Below are positions 16,401-26,349 of a DNA stretch of 42,939 nucleotides, in pieces. Made by a program: the position numbers and the translations under genes. Each line of letters starts with the position of its first letter. Position 1 is the stretch's first letter. The DNA is taken from positions 1 through 42,939 of the IMG/VR virus record IMGVR_UViG_3300011888_000002. One strand, 5' to 3'. The notes beneath the pieces were generated by a model. It saw nothing but the letters and a program-made list of their open reading frames with translations, was not told the origin of the DNA and did not search any database. The DNA comes from a virus.

Positions 16401-17982
16401 GGAAAGCGCAGCGCAGGCAGCAGAAAAAGCCAAAGCGAAGGAAGAAGCGCTTAAGCTTGCTAAAGAGAATGTCAAAAAAGCCGACGAAGAATTGCTTGCC
16501 TACCAAAAACAAGCTGCTGTTGAGCGAGTTTTACTGGATAAGCAGATCGAGGAGGCCAAGAAGTCTGGTGATCTAAATGCTTTAGCTTCTGCTCAGGCGT
16601 CCATTACCGCCATCAATACCAAAGAAGCAGAGTTGGCCAATAACCGTGATTTACGTATAGCTGAATTAAATAAAGCTAATACCGGGTCCGGCCAAGTGGC
16701 TGAAACTGCATATTCAAGAGCCTCTGCTGCTGCCAAGCTATTTGGTGTTGATCTAGATGTGTCGCTAAACAAAGTCTCAAAGTCATTTTCCAGTTCCGGG
16801 AATGAACTGGATGGACTTAAGATCAAGTTGGGTGAGGCGGGGTATACGGGTAAACAAGCTGGTGATGTTCTTTACCAAGCATGGGAGGATTGGCTTAGTA
16901 AGGCAAAAAGCCAGGCGGAGATCGATGCGGCAAATGCCAAGATGCGTGAGTTTGAGGCCCAAGGGGTATTCTCAACCAAGCAAGTTGAACTCGGCATCAT
17001 GGCTATCCGTAAGGCTAACGCTGATTTACCAGATGAATTGGATGAAACAGGGAAAGCCTTTGATCGTCTCGGTATTAAAACCAAAGAGCAATTAAAGCTG
17101 GCTGCTCAACAAGCCTTAATGGACTACATCACAATTCGGGATAGCGGTAAGGCTACTGCTGAAGGAATTGAAAAGGCATATCAAAAAGCTGCTCAGTCTG
17201 CGGCAGCGTCCGGTGATGCTGGAAGAATTGCAGCGGTAAATGCAATGAATGCTGGGCGTAATCTTGAAGTGCAGATTGATGATACTGGCAAAGCAGTTGT
17301 CAAAACCATGGATGATTGGTCTAAATCCAATGACCGTGTTAAAGACTCTGCACGTGGAATTGCTGATGGTTATCGTCATGCAGGGCAAATTGCACGTGAA
17401 GAAGCCAAATCTTCTACCGAAGCCTGGGCGGATGCAGTTTCTAAAGCTAAGAGTGATTTCAATAAGGAAATGAAGCGTCAAGGCGAAGCATTGAGTAAAG
17501 GAATCTACGAATATGATTCTTACACCAAGTCTGATGTGATTTCACAGCTGAAAAGCAAAGGCTATGACGATAAAGAGGCTGAGAAATTGGCTGGAACCAT
17601 TTGGTCGAAAGCTATGGCGGCAGATCGTGATGCTAAAGCTGAAGGTCTTGGAAAGGAAAGCAGCGTGGCAATGAAAGCATTAATTAATGCTGAATTTGAT
17701 CGTGCCTCAGCGAATGGAATAACCACTCAGCACGGAACTAATAAGATCAATGAACTACTTCGCAGTATCAATGTGGCTTCTACCGGTTCCAGCAGTTTTA
17801 ATGACTACGCGCCGTCTATTCCGTCAGCGCCGTCTGTCAGAGACACAGGCCAGCCCGCCAAAGAGGTTACTTATAACTTTGATTTTAATGGCAAACAAAT
17901 GCAATTTAGTGGGCCAGCAGGTCAGGAGTCGTTAATGAATGAGCTTGTGAATCAATTAAAAATACAGGCGAGATCCACATGA
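13435..17982 (+). CDS. Tail tape measure protein
   Basis: 1515 aa, largely coiled coil. Contains the conserved tape-measure block QLTQALQSGVLRGDEFNSIMEQAPGISKALAQSLGVTTGELRKMAENGELSAEKV. Confidence 0.92.
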   Translation: MAGKELTFKLVIDADTKDFVSNVQQSEKTAKALFDAIKIESDKLKTTSEETAKEVGKIVPDDLQKKADQAKGKLSEVSQAASELQGQAIEAAGKIDGLGNELQDTASKANKAGFEIGSAIPGDAVQLAEMLGNKFFSAAKEIESLGDKSTISAGELRAMSSAGEQGLNELNLALKAAQAELVRLQSTDGTLQDIEIAKQRVLSIQDAINEASSAFNYYQGVAINAMKGVDGATQSAINQVQRFSAVDLTGVVGEAQTATRAIESMGDGASLSTKEIERIGSIGTNSINALERELLTARNAFSALEQSSEAVTLNEIKAAGDKVKGLEQAVDLTKSAFSEFNVKATTAMQGVSTSTDKASGSAKQAGHAIYEALGIKPPSVINDAIADLTRKLENFKANSKLPAEEVERVTKITEQQIEKLKSELNGVEPAAQKANSGVSGLSKGMEITRFAATALAGAMAAVGVGIGAREIAEAADSYTNLSARINIATSEGGNFTQAMAGVHQVSLMTNTSLDATAGLFTKVNDVGKQMGMTQQQSLDLVKTINMAIQTGGGDAAASEAAIVQLTQALQSGVLRGDEFNSIMEQAPGISKALAQSLGVTTGELRKMAENGELSAEKVIKALQSQSAAIEADYAKFPTTIGNALQRITTQWQILIGTMDQANGASATVAQWLVTLADNMDVVETILEDIGEGFIWVGDQLKKIDPATFEALKEALSTAYETVKSMASTIGTGIGNTVDQLNTLLGAIFNFESGIDTATDKTNGFTKALQALNVVFGFIGDGFEAISIVSNLLAGVFYDVGAAWIGFKANFKWGDAKDQAIADMDAMAKKAQDYYDRATAGAMGFKSAGIAAIEDIGKTQDQKNQESLQSNNATFAELAQQNQEFTQKSKDLAAERAAIDTQLNQARKDGNQSTIDAIIQKSNELEGREKEHATNKASLDKDMLASAQDYAEAAIKANGGVMDGVMQADLLTKGYIVTIDEAGKVSVQAGESAAQAAEKAKAKEEALKLAKENVKKADEELLAYQKQAAVERVLLDKQIEEAKKSGDLNALASAQASITAINTKEAELANNRDLRIAELNKANTGSGQVAETAYSRASAAAKLFGVDLDVSLNKVSKSFSSSGNELDGLKIKLGEAGYTGKQAGDVLYQAWEDWLSKAKSQAEIDAANAKMREFEAQGVFSTKQVELGIMAIRKANADLPDELDETGKAFDRLGIKTKEQLKLAAQQALMDYITIRDSGKATAEGIEKAYQKAAQSAAASGDAGRIAAVNAMNAGRNLEVQIDDTGKAVVKTMDDWSKSNDRVKDSARGIADGYRHAGQIAREEAKSSTEAWADAVSKAKSDFNKEMKRQGEALSKGIYEYDSYTKSDVISQLKSKGYDDKEAEKLAGTIWSKAMAADRDAKAEGLGKESSVAMKALINAEFDRASANGITTQHGTNKINELLRSINVASTGSSSFNDYAPSIPSAPSVRDTGQPAKEVTYNFDFNGKQMQFSGPAGQESLMNELVNQLKIQARST

Positions 17983-18398
17983 AATTAATTCGCTTAGCAA
18001 CATTAGAAACCGTCCCATTAGAGGACGGTTTTTTATGGCCTGATGAATTTTCATGGAAGGCCATTGAGCAGAATCAAGCCTATGCCATGGATGGCTCCCT
18101 GATCATTCAGGAAGGAAAAAAGAAATCAGGTCGGCCAATCACTTTACAGCCAGCAGATCAGGAAATGGGCTGGATCAGATTGCGTGAATTACGGACTGTT
18201 TTGGAGTGGTCAAAGCTGCAGGGTGAGAATTTCAAACTGCAGTTTGAGCAACCACATGACAGCCGGCAATTCACCGTCAAATTTAACCACCAGGATGGGG
18301 CTTTAGATGCCGCACCAGTAAAAGGAATTCCAGCTGTGTCGCTGGATGATTATTTTAATGTGACCTTGCGCTTTACGGAGTTAGATGATGGCGATTGA
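17979..18398 (+). CDS. Minor (distal) tail protein
   Basis: 139 aa. The start overlaps the tape measure stop (ATGA). The call rests on position. Confidence 0.55.
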   Translation: MKLIRLATLETVPLEDGFLWPDEFSWKAIEQNQAYAMDGSLIIQEGKKKSGRPITLQPADQEMGWIRLRELRTVLEWSKLQGENFKLQFEQPHDSRQFTVKFNHQDGALDAAPVKGIPAVSLDDYFNVTLRFTELDDGD

Positions 18399-20352
18399 AA
18401 CCAAGGATTTAGTGATCTACAAGTCTGAGCGCTTGACCGATAACTCTGATGGTGGTGGTAAATATTCTGGTGTCGTGGTTCAGGACGGTATTAGTAATAA
18501 CTTGTTCAATGACGTATCGGAAATGGATCGAACCATGGGTGATGTGTCCATGCGTAAAATCTTTCCAGCAGTGACCACTGAAGATACTGATCTACTGATG
18601 GGTGCAACAGTTTTTGTCTCTGAACTGCCTAAAGACCCAAACGTATCAGCATTACTTTTCAGTACTAAGAACTGGACCGATGAACGCCAATCTGCCCAGA
18701 ACCGGGTAGAAAATTATCTAGCCAAAGGTGGTCAGATTGCTGGTACACCACTGGATACGCACTGGAAAGGTATGTCATCACTGCAAGTCGCCATGTTTCC
18801 TCAGGAAGTAGAGTCTTCAGTAGGTGACACCATTGTTCTGATCAGTGATGAAGGTAAAGCTTTAGAGCGTGAGCAGTATGTACGTATTACTAAAGTTGAA
18901 ACACGAACTGCTGTAATGGTGGTAGATAGCAAGAGTGTCGAGTACAAAGTTGCTACTTACTCGCTAAATGATCCGCTTGAGATCGACTTTGTGGGTCTTT
19001 CAGCTCGTCAGTGGTATCAGGGTAACGCAGTATCTAAAACCATCATTCGCGATACGATTGTTGCAGATACAGGGCTTTACTATTCATCGACAGCACTGGC
19101 ATCTGATGCAAACGTGGGTGAATTTACGGTAAATGCTAAAAGCATCTTTGCTCAACTGATCCCATCAGCTCAGACTGAAACCCCCATCATTGATGTAAAT
19201 GCCGCAGGTGAAAGTGTGGTCCTGGTGGCGGGTAATGAAGGCACCATTACAGTCAATTACCCGAATATGGTCATTGGGGCCAGTCAAAACCTGTATATCG
19301 GCTCAGCTGTGATTCCTTCCAGTATTTCTTTCACGATGCAAGGTCAGCAGATTACCGATCAGGGTGGTTTACTCAAGAATACGCAAGGCACACAAGTTGG
19401 CACGATTGATTATCAACGTGGATTAATTCAGTGGACTGCGGCAGCACCGGCTGGAACCGCAAGTCTGAATATTACATTTAAACCAGCAGCTGCACCGAAT
19501 CAGTATTACCAAAGCCATGCCATTCCGGTAACTCAGAACAATCAAAGCACCAACTGGACTGGAGTGTTAATTCCTATTCCGGCACCTGGTGCACTGTCCA
19601 TTACCTACATGAGCCAAGGAAAATTCTACGAACTTAAAGATGATGGATCGGGTCAGTTAAAAGCTGCCAGTCCGTCTTTTGGTTCGGGCATGATCAACTA
19701 TGAAACTGGGTCATGGCTCTTGACTACTGGTGCTTTGCCGGATGTAGACACACCAATTTTATTGAACTGGGGTACACCGATTGTCACCTTCGTAAGATCA
19801 AATTTAACCGTGGAAAAAGCTGCATTTGATTTTGATTTAGGTCGACCAGGTGTTTTGCCGGGTATCACGATTAACTGGACGCTAGAAGGTGAAGAAAAAA
19901 CAGCAACCTCCAATGCCCAGGGCAAATTTACCGGTGATGCCACCGGTGAAATTAATTATGCCACCGGGATTGGCAAAATCATTCCGAATAAGTTGCCACA
20001 GAAAGGTACAGTCTTTTCAGTGATCTATAACTACGGCACTTCACTTGAACAGACCAAAATGGATGTCACCCCTATAAACCAAAAGATGACGTTCACAATC
20101 GGGACAGGACCAGCGATTCAGCCAAATAGTGTTGAGTTAAAAATTCCACTTCAAAGCGGTGAGGGGATTACAGGGTCTGTAACCCTGACAGATGTACCTG
20201 TAAATACAACGATTGGAAATCTGATCAATGAGCGTGGGCAAGTGCAAGGCACTATTACCTATGCCACTGGCGCAGTTGAAGTCACACCAAAGAGTACAGC
20301 AAGCAGATTTGTGCAAACCTTTACACCTATGGCTACCTATGCGGCTGCCTAG
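18385..20352 (+). CDS. Tail tip/baseplate structural protein
   Basis: 655-aa ORF in the post-tape-measure block that overlaps the previous gene. No specific motif was recognised. Confidence 0.55.
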   Translation: MMAIETKDLVIYKSERLTDNSDGGGKYSGVVVQDGISNNLFNDVSEMDRTMGDVSMRKIFPAVTTEDTDLLMGATVFVSELPKDPNVSALLFSTKNWTDERQSAQNRVENYLAKGGQIAGTPLDTHWKGMSSLQVAMFPQEVESSVGDTIVLISDEGKALEREQYVRITKVETRTAVMVVDSKSVEYKVATYSLNDPLEIDFVGLSARQWYQGNAVSKTIIRDTIVADTGLYYSSTALASDANVGEFTVNAKSIFAQLIPSAQTETPIIDVNAAGESVVLVAGNEGTITVNYPNMVIGASQNLYIGSAVIPSSISFTMQGQQITDQGGLLKNTQGTQVGTIDYQRGLIQWTAAAPAGTASLNITFKPAAAPNQYYQSHAIPVTQNNQSTNWTGVLIPIPAPGALSITYMSQGKFYELKDDGSGQLKAASPSFGSGMINYETGSWLLTTGALPDVDTPILLNWGTPIVTFVRSNLTVEKAAFDFDLGRPGVLPGITINWTLEGEEKTATSNAQGKFTGDATGEINYATGIGKIIPNKLPQKGTVFSVIYNYGTSLEQTKMDVTPINQKMTFTIGTGPAIQPNSVELKIPLQSGEGITGSVTLTDVPVNTTIGNLINERGQVQGTITYATGAVEVTPKSTASRFVQTFTPMATYAAA

Positions 20353-20361
20353 CGAGGAAAT

Positions 20362-21975
20362 ATGTCTTTTTACTCTCCACAAACATCAGACATTCAGGGT
20401 CAGCATGTTGAATTAAAAGCACTTAATACTGTTGATGTTCAAGTGAAATACCGAGATACATCTGGATCTAACTCGGCAACGCATACAGTGACGGCAAACA
20501 AGCTCAAATTGGATTTATCCTCCGGTTTTGATGAGCAGATCTTAACTGGATCTGCACGTTTTAAGGTCGGTATGGATACCTTTCTTGATCGTACCGGCTT
20601 GCTGTATCGTAATGTGAATCCAGCCAATAACAGCGGAATTCAGTCTGGTGTCATTCAATATGGCACCGGTATTGTTGAAATTGACTCATGGACACCGAAT
20701 GCAGATAACACCATTACTCTGGAATCCTTAACCACCACAACCGACCTGTTACCGGTCAATAAAATCAGCTTTAGAACGCCGATCATGCCGATCCGGCCAC
20801 AATCTTTAACTGTGGTGGTGGGTACTATTGAATTTGGTCAGCTGACACTGACTGCGGATGAAAATGGCGTAATTGAAACCAGTCGTGCGCATGGTCAAGT
20901 GAATTGGGATAATGGTTTTGTCACGATTTATTTTTATACTAAAACCAAAATCACCGAAGCTAACCGGGCAGAGATTGAAGTCAAGGACTGGTATGACCCG
21001 CTGCTGGAATACCAGGAAGGGTTGGATACTTATATCAATGTTCCGGTCTGGGTGGATGCTTCATCAGTGCGTTATAACGCAGTGGCCTATACCTATATTC
21101 CATTGGATTCTGAAATTCTAGGTCTGTCTGCTACACGTTTGCCGATTGATGGCCGTGTGCCGATATTCCGTGTCGGTGGGATCGGCATTGTCAGCTCAAG
21201 CAAAGCGCAGGAATTACCAAGTGCAATTGCAGGAACCACGTACGATCTCAATGATCAGCGGATCTCATGGGCAGAACTGGAAGATGCTAACGGAACAAAA
21301 GTAGCTTTCGATTTATACACAGTTGATTATGACTATGGCCGTGTGACATTGGGTGGTGACTTTGTACTGAGTAATCTGGTAGCTCCACTGACAGTGAGAT
21401 ACCGCTATCAGGACATGGGCTTAATCCGTGATGTACAGATTAATGGTCAGCTAACTTTCACCAAGCCTTTAACCCATAACTATGATGCGGTGGATACTAT
21501 TGTCGGTTCTGCCTTGGTCATTGGTGATATGCAGGCTCGATACACGCGAAAATTTGTGCAAGGGTCCTGGAGCAATGCTTGGGCAGATGAGCCAAGCTCA
21601 AGCATTTTGGCGAACTACAACGATTCACTATATCCGCTTCAAATCACCAACAAAGGCGCGATTCAGGAACGCTGGGCGTTAATCTTTACCGATGCACAAT
21701 CGTTTCGTTGTGTGGGTGAATATTCTGGTCAGATTGGTACAGGAACCACCAATGCGGACTATGCACCAATAAACCCGGTGACGGGTGTGCCGTATTTCAT
21801 TATCAAGAAAGAAGGTTGGGGTGCAGGTTGGGCGAATGGCAACGTGCTGCGATTTAATACTGTAGCTGCAAACTTTCCAGTGTGGGTAATCCGTACAGTG
21901 AAGCAATCTGAGCCAACCGTCATATCGGATCAATTCCAGATCATGCTGCGTGGTGACATTGACCGCGTTGTTTAA
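20362..21975 (+). CDS. Tail tip/baseplate structural protein
   Basis: 537-aa ORF with the RBS GAGGAA, in the post-tape-measure block. Confidence 0.55.
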   Translation: MSFYSPQTSDIQGQHVELKALNTVDVQVKYRDTSGSNSATHTVTANKLKLDLSSGFDEQILTGSARFKVGMDTFLDRTGLLYRNVNPANNSGIQSGVIQYGTGIVEIDSWTPNADNTITLESLTTTTDLLPVNKISFRTPIMPIRPQSLTVVVGTIEFGQLTLTADENGVIETSRAHGQVNWDNGFVTIYFYTKTKITEANRAEIEVKDWYDPLLEYQEGLDTYINVPVWVDASSVRYNAVAYTYIPLDSEILGLSATRLPIDGRVPIFRVGGIGIVSSSKAQELPSAIAGTTYDLNDQRISWAELEDANGTKVAFDLYTVDYDYGRVTLGGDFVLSNLVAPLTVRYRYQDMGLIRDVQINGQLTFTKPLTHNYDAVDTIVGSALVIGDMQARYTRKFVQGSWSNAWADEPSSSILANYNDSLYPLQITNKGAIQERWALIFTDAQSFRCVGEYSGQIGTGTTNADYAPINPVTGVPYFIIKKEGWGAGWANGNVLRFNTVAANFPVWVIRTVKQSEPTVISDQFQIMLRGDIDRVV

Positions 21976-21991
21976 AATTTAAATCAGATAT

Positions 21992-22013
21992 GACCGCTTT
22001 ATGCGGTCTTTTT
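21992..22013 (+). terminator. Hairpin plus T-run between tail tip and fibre genes
   Basis: gaccgc (21992-97) / gcggtc (22003-08), then TTTTT. The flanks resemble those of the 5808 terminator cassette. Confidence 0.7.
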
Positions 22014-22027
22014 ATGGATAAGAGAAA

Positions 22028-23305
22028 ATGGCGACAGACGTAGATGTTCAATACTTTAGCCACTTAAATGGCTTAACTCTAGGAAATAACTGGGGTGATT
22101 TGATTCGCCTACTGGATAAGGCGCTGGTGACAGGGATTGATTTCACTCAAATCACAGCAGCATCAATTGATGAGCAGGGTGATGTGCATATCACCTTGTA
22201 TTCTGCGCATAATGCAATGTTGTTTCAGGTGGTTGAGCTATCAGGTTTTGCACCTGCTTCATTAAATCAGAAATACCGCATTAAGGGTGTACCAAGTACG
22301 ACCAAGCTGATTTTAAAACCACCTGCTGCAATTACTGAAACAAGTGTTGCGTCTGTTGGCTCAGGAAAATTGGCATCACTTGGCTATGAAATTATTTTTC
22401 GTGATGCACACGATGTAAAGCGTGTTTATCGTGCCAAGAATCCAACTGCACAACATCCATTTATCCGTATTGATGAGAGCTTAATAAGCAAAGATGGTAC
22501 AACAGGTGTATATACATCAACTTATGCTAAATATGCTATAGTAGGCTTGCTTGAGCACATGGAGCATATTGATGACTATGAAAACCCTGATGTGTTGCAA
22601 TTGCCATTTGATCCAGCCGACCCTGCAAAAAATTGGAAAATAATAGGCACAGGCACCAGTGTTATTAAGGGGTGGGCGAGATGGTATTATGCAGCAGGTG
22701 CTCTTTTAAATTCATCCAGATCAGACTCTGATGCACCGCAAAATGGCGGGCGACAATTTACACTTGCTGGCGGTAAAAATAGTTTTTTCATAAATCGAGC
22801 AGTGGATGTTGCAAGTGATTCATCTAAGTCATTAATGGGATGTGGATTGCTTCAAGCGCAACTTGACATGAATAGTAAGAACTGGTTTTTAGCTGCATAT
22901 TTAAACACTATAGCAGCAGGTGGGACACACAACTTGCACTCCTTGGGGGTTGGCGGTTCTCCTGTTTTTAAAGGCGGTGCAGCATCAAGAATAATTATGC
23001 CGAAAATAAGTGAACTAACTCCCCTAAATACTCATACAACAGCCTTGTCAGTAATTCCAGACTTATATAGTGGCTATTCTGGGATATACAATGGATTGCC
23101 ATTCTCAGGGCTTCAAATCCCACAGGTTGACAATGATAATTGCTTGCGTGGGGTTTTGGAGAATTTGATATACCTTGGTAATGATTTTACAAATAAGAAA
23201 ATCACAACTCCTTATTTATCAGGAGGCAGCATGTACATTATAGACTCAACCCTTGTTTTGGATCGAAATGGGGCGATGGCATATTATTTAGGGGAGCTTG
23301 AATGA
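22028..23305 (+). CDS. Putative tail fibre/receptor-binding protein
   Basis: 425 aa following its own hairpin. The distal two-thirds look more AT-rich than the neighbouring tail genes. Confidence 0.5.
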   Translation: MATDVDVQYFSHLNGLTLGNNWGDLIRLLDKALVTGIDFTQITAASIDEQGDVHITLYSAHNAMLFQVVELSGFAPASLNQKYRIKGVPSTTKLILKPPAAITETSVASVGSGKLASLGYEIIFRDAHDVKRVYRAKNPTAQHPFIRIDESLISKDGTTGVYTSTYAKYAIVGLLEHMEHIDDYENPDVLQLPFDPADPAKNWKIIGTGTSVIKGWARWYYAAGALLNSSRSDSDAPQNGGRQFTLAGGKNSFFINRAVDVASDSSKSLMGCGLLQAQLDMNSKNWFLAAYLNTIAAGGTHNLHSLGVGGSPVFKGGAASRIIMPKISELTPLNTHTTALSVIPDLYSGYSGIYNGLPFSGLQIPQVDNDNCLRGVLENLIYLGNDFTNKKITTPYLSGGSMYIIDSTLVLDRNGAMAYYLGELE

Positions 23306-23598
23306 GGCATCTACATCGCGGTGTGGCACCATCCTCCTGCTTGTTGCAGGAGATTACAGCTGGACCAGTTGTTGCAAAAATCAAAGGCTCCGTGAAAAAA
23401 ATGGGCGAACACTACAAAGATGCAACTATTGTTTTGTACAACAAAGTGAATTTACAGCCAATTTCTATACGCAGGCCTGATGAAAATGGCAATTACCGGT
23501 TTTTAGGGCTAAATACCAACTTAAAAACTTATATTGTGGCATTTGATAAAAACCAAAAATTCAATGCAGTCATTCAAGATAACGTGGTGCCAAAATGA
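23302..23598 (+). CDS. Hypothetical tail-associated protein
   Basis: ATGA overlap with the previous gene; RBS AGGGGAG; 98 aa. Confidence 0.5.
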   Translation: MRHLHRGVAPSSCLLQEITAGPVVAKIKGSVKKMGEHYKDATIVLYNKVNLQPISIRRPDENGNYRFLGLNTNLKTYIVAFDKNQKFNAVIQDNVVPK

Positions 23599-23981
23599 GT
23601 AAAACATCAGTCAATGCTCGGCTTGCCATGATTCAAGCCTTTGCAAATTTTATGGATAGCGGTAGCCAAAGTGCTACCGTTATTTTTTATGAGGGAGTGC
23701 AGCCTTCCAGCCCTGCAATTGCAGCAGATCCAAACAAGGCATTGGTCACTTTGGTATTCCCTGAACCTTGTATTAAAGAAATCACTGCTACTTATGGGGA
23801 GTTCCACCCAACAGACACAGCAACCGTGATTAAGTCAGGCACTGCAACATGGGCGCGTATTTATAATGGTGCTGGTGATGTCGCTGCTGATCTGACAGTA
23901 GGTACGGATATTTCTCTAGCTAATACAAATCTAGCCCTTGGCGGCACGCTGTCTGTTACTTCAATAAAACTCAGACCTTAA
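23595..23981 (+). CDS. Hypothetical tail-associated protein
   Basis: ATGA overlap with the previous gene; 128 aa. Confidence 0.5.
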   Translation: MSKTSVNARLAMIQAFANFMDSGSQSATVIFYEGVQPSSPAIAADPNKALVTLVFPEPCIKEITATYGEFHPTDTATVIKSGTATWARIYNGAGDVAADLTVGTDISLANTNLALGGTLSVTSIKLRP

Positions 23982-23998
23982 ATTAAAAAGGTGCTCAT

Positions 23999-26086
23999 GT
24001 GGATTTTAAAAATAAGCTCGGCACCGTTGATGCTCACAACCTAAACCTAAATTTTAAGCCTGATAACACCGATAGCCATGACATCATTCTGAATTTTGAG
24101 CATCTGGCCGATGGCACAAGCAATCTTAATTTTGGCGATGATGTATCTGCAGACATTGATACAGTTTTAGAGGCTGATTTTAGTTTTGAAGTCACTGCAA
24201 TTTATGCCGACAGTGGTGTAAATACTGCTGTCATAGACACGGTACTGGATACCGAATTTGGCTTTGAAGTTGTCGCAGTCTTTAAAGACAATATTGATGT
24301 TGTCGGGCAAATTGATACTGTCTTAGACACCAGTTTTAGCTTTGAAGTCGAAGCAGTATTTAGTGAAAACCTGTGCACCATTGATACGGTTTTAGACACT
24401 GAGTTTCAATTTGAAGCTAAGGCGTTGTTTGATATCAATCACTTGGTTGGGGTGTCTTACGGCTTTGACATGCGCTATCAGAAAGCCATCGCAGCCTTAA
24501 GCACGACAGAAATACCATGGGCCAAGCCTATATTAAGAGTCTCAAATGAGGCTCTTTTTTATGACCAGGGTTTGGTCATTTCCAATCAGGCAGATATTCG
24601 GTATGAGCAGGCAGGGTCATTAACTCGGGCGATTAGATCCATCCATGAGCAAGCAACCGGATTAAGTTCGGATGCATACATTATTTGGGAAGAAGGTGAT
24701 AAACGCTTTATTCATCAGCGATATGTGCATGAAGAAACCGTCAAGCTGCGTCATAACCGAGAAACAGTCTGGCAGGAGATGATCCGCCGGCGCAAGACTT
24801 TTACTTATTCGCATGAAGTAGCTCAGGTCTTTGAGCACCGTTTTTCGTTTGAATGGGATAAGGGTCTTGAGATTGTCACCAAGTCAGATTTGCCATGGGA
24901 TAAAGCCAAAGCGATTCATTATCGCAAGCATCCGGTTTTGCCTTGGCCAAAGCCTGAATTACCCAAATATGAAGGCACTGGCGATCTAAATTTTGTCTGC
25001 TTATGTCATGACGTTGATTCACACAATGTTGTTTTAAATTTTGGTGCAGATGACTGCATTCCTGCACTGCCGAACAGAAACTGGTGGTATATCGTGAATA
25101 CATTAACAGCCGAGCGATTAGATACTGGCGAGAAAATCAAGGTGATTGATGGTACCTACAGTACCAGCCGGTCTCAATGGTGCTGGGCCTATTCCATTAC
25201 TGTGGCTCATACGGAAAAAGACAAGCTGCAACCGATTAATGGCCAGCCGGTGATTCTTAAGATCATGATCAATGGATTTGAGCATCATATTTTGCTTGAA
25301 GATCCAGAAGAAACCCGGCGCTTTGCCAGTGTTTTATACACTTACCCGGGGCGAAGTATTACCGCATTGAACTCAGATAAATACGGGCCAACACGCTCAT
25401 TTATTCAGGACAATGAACGTACCTCTGTTCAACTGGTACAGGCTGAACTGGATCGAGCGAATAGAGGTACCAACCTGGACTGGAAACTGATTGATGAACT
25501 GGGCTGGATTGTACCGGTTGAAAGTCTCAGTTATGCAGAACTTGCACCGATTGATGCAATCAAACAGGTAGTGGATGCAGGCGGTGGCTTTATCTATAGC
25601 CAGAAAGCAGGCAATACACTGACCATTTTACCCCGGTACCAGAAAGGCTATTGGGATTCGATGACCGTTGATGATTACGACATTCTGTTATCAGAAAGCC
25701 TGGTGATGCAGCAGAACATTAAGCAGAACGATGAATACATTGCAGACTTTAATGCCATCACTGTGGTGAATAGTCGCAGTGGTGAAAGCCTGAAAATACA
25801 GCAGCGCGGTACTTCGGGTGATATACCGTTAGAGGCGGTCACTGGTCCATTGTTTAATGTGGTATCAGGTGCCAGTTATGGCAAAAATGAACTGGTCAAA
25901 GCCAATATTCAGGAGCTGCACACTTTCTCGGATCTCCCGGTCAGTCAAGAAATTGGCGAGATGCTACCAGGTAAGTCCATTGCCTTTAATGGCCAGTGGT
26001 GGGGTGTCATTGATGGGGTGAGTGGCAGTTTCTCGCATAACAAGGTTAATGAAACCATTACAGTGGAGCGTATCAGCCGTGAATAA
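23999..26086 (+). CDS. Tail fibre/host-specificity protein with N-terminal tandem repeats
   Basis: GTG start after the RBS AAGGTG. 695 aa with four IDTVL(D/E)x(D/E/S)FxFE units near the N-terminus. Confidence 0.6.
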   Translation: MDFKNKLGTVDAHNLNLNFKPDNTDSHDIILNFEHLADGTSNLNFGDDVSADIDTVLEADFSFEVTAIYADSGVNTAVIDTVLDTEFGFEVVAVFKDNIDVVGQIDTVLDTSFSFEVEAVFSENLCTIDTVLDTEFQFEAKALFDINHLVGVSYGFDMRYQKAIAALSTTEIPWAKPILRVSNEALFYDQGLVISNQADIRYEQAGSLTRAIRSIHEQATGLSSDAYIIWEEGDKRFIHQRYVHEETVKLRHNRETVWQEMIRRRKTFTYSHEVAQVFEHRFSFEWDKGLEIVTKSDLPWDKAKAIHYRKHPVLPWPKPELPKYEGTGDLNFVCLCHDVDSHNVVLNFGADDCIPALPNRNWWYIVNTLTAERLDTGEKIKVIDGTYSTSRSQWCWAYSITVAHTEKDKLQPINGQPVILKIMINGFEHHILLEDPEETRRFASVLYTYPGRSITALNSDKYGPTRSFIQDNERTSVQLVQAELDRANRGTNLDWKLIDELGWIVPVESLSYAELAPIDAIKQVVDAGGGFIYSQKAGNTLTILPRYQKGYWDSMTVDDYDILLSESLVMQQNIKQNDEYIADFNAITVVNSRSGESLKIQQRGTSGDIPLEAVTGPLFNVVSGASYGKNELVKANIQELHTFSDLPVSQEIGEMLPGKSIAFNGQWWGVIDGVSGSFSHNKVNETITVERISRE
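24155..24430 (+). repeat. Four in-frame tandem coding repeats (periods 26, 26 and 23 aa)
   Basis: IDTVLEADFSFEVTAIY, IDTVLDTEFGFEVVAVF, IDTVLDTSFSFEVEAVF and IDTVLDTEFQFEAKALF, starting at aa 53, 79, 105 and 128. Confidence 0.85.
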
Positions 26087-26312
26087 TCCCTTATTTGAAT
26101 TGCGGAAGCTGCTTAATCCAACTCATGCTGAATACATCGGCACCATCACTTCAGTAAAGCATCCAGAGTATCGGGTTCAGATTGATGGAGGATCTGGTCC
26201 AGTATTATGCACATCTGGCACAGCTTACAATCTAGGTGCCAGAGTATTTATCTCAAATCAGGTGATTTTAAGGCCGGCACCAACCGGACAGCATTCACAA
26301 GTGGAAGTTTAA
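26079..26312 (+). CDS. Small hypothetical protein downstream of the fibre gene
   Basis: The frame is open from 26022. GTG 26079 is preferred (GGAGCG lies 10 nt upstream and the overlap is small). ATG 26049 and 26022 are alternatives. Confidence 0.4.
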   Translation: MNNPLFELRKLLNPTHAEYIGTITSVKHPEYRVQIDGGSGPVLCTSGTAYNLGARVFISNQVILRPAPTGQHSQVEV

Positions 26313-26329
26313 CGATCAACAAAATAACA

Positions 26330-26349
26330 GCACCTTCGGGTGCTTTTTT
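26330..26349 (+). terminator. Intrinsic terminator at the end of the tail operon
   Basis: gcacc (26330-34), ttcg loop, ggtgc (26339-43), then TTTTTT. Confidence 0.75.

Noticed and set aside
13435-17982. Several antisense and alternate-frame ORFs inside the tape measure gene (for example 14133..14522, 15652..16026, 17116..17481)
   Set aside because: They are fully embedded in a long, well-supported CDS and have no RBS. Shadow ORFs of this kind are typical in repetitive coiled-coil coding DNA.
23298-23480. 60-aa alternate-frame ORF overlapping 23302..23598
   Set aside because: It is out of frame with the ATGA-coupled, RBS-preceded start at 23302 and has low-complexity content.
24155-24430. 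Regularly spaced repeats that might be mistaken for a CRISPR array
   Set aside because: The repeats are in frame, diverged at the DNA level and conserved at the protein level. There are no invariant repeats or unique spacers.
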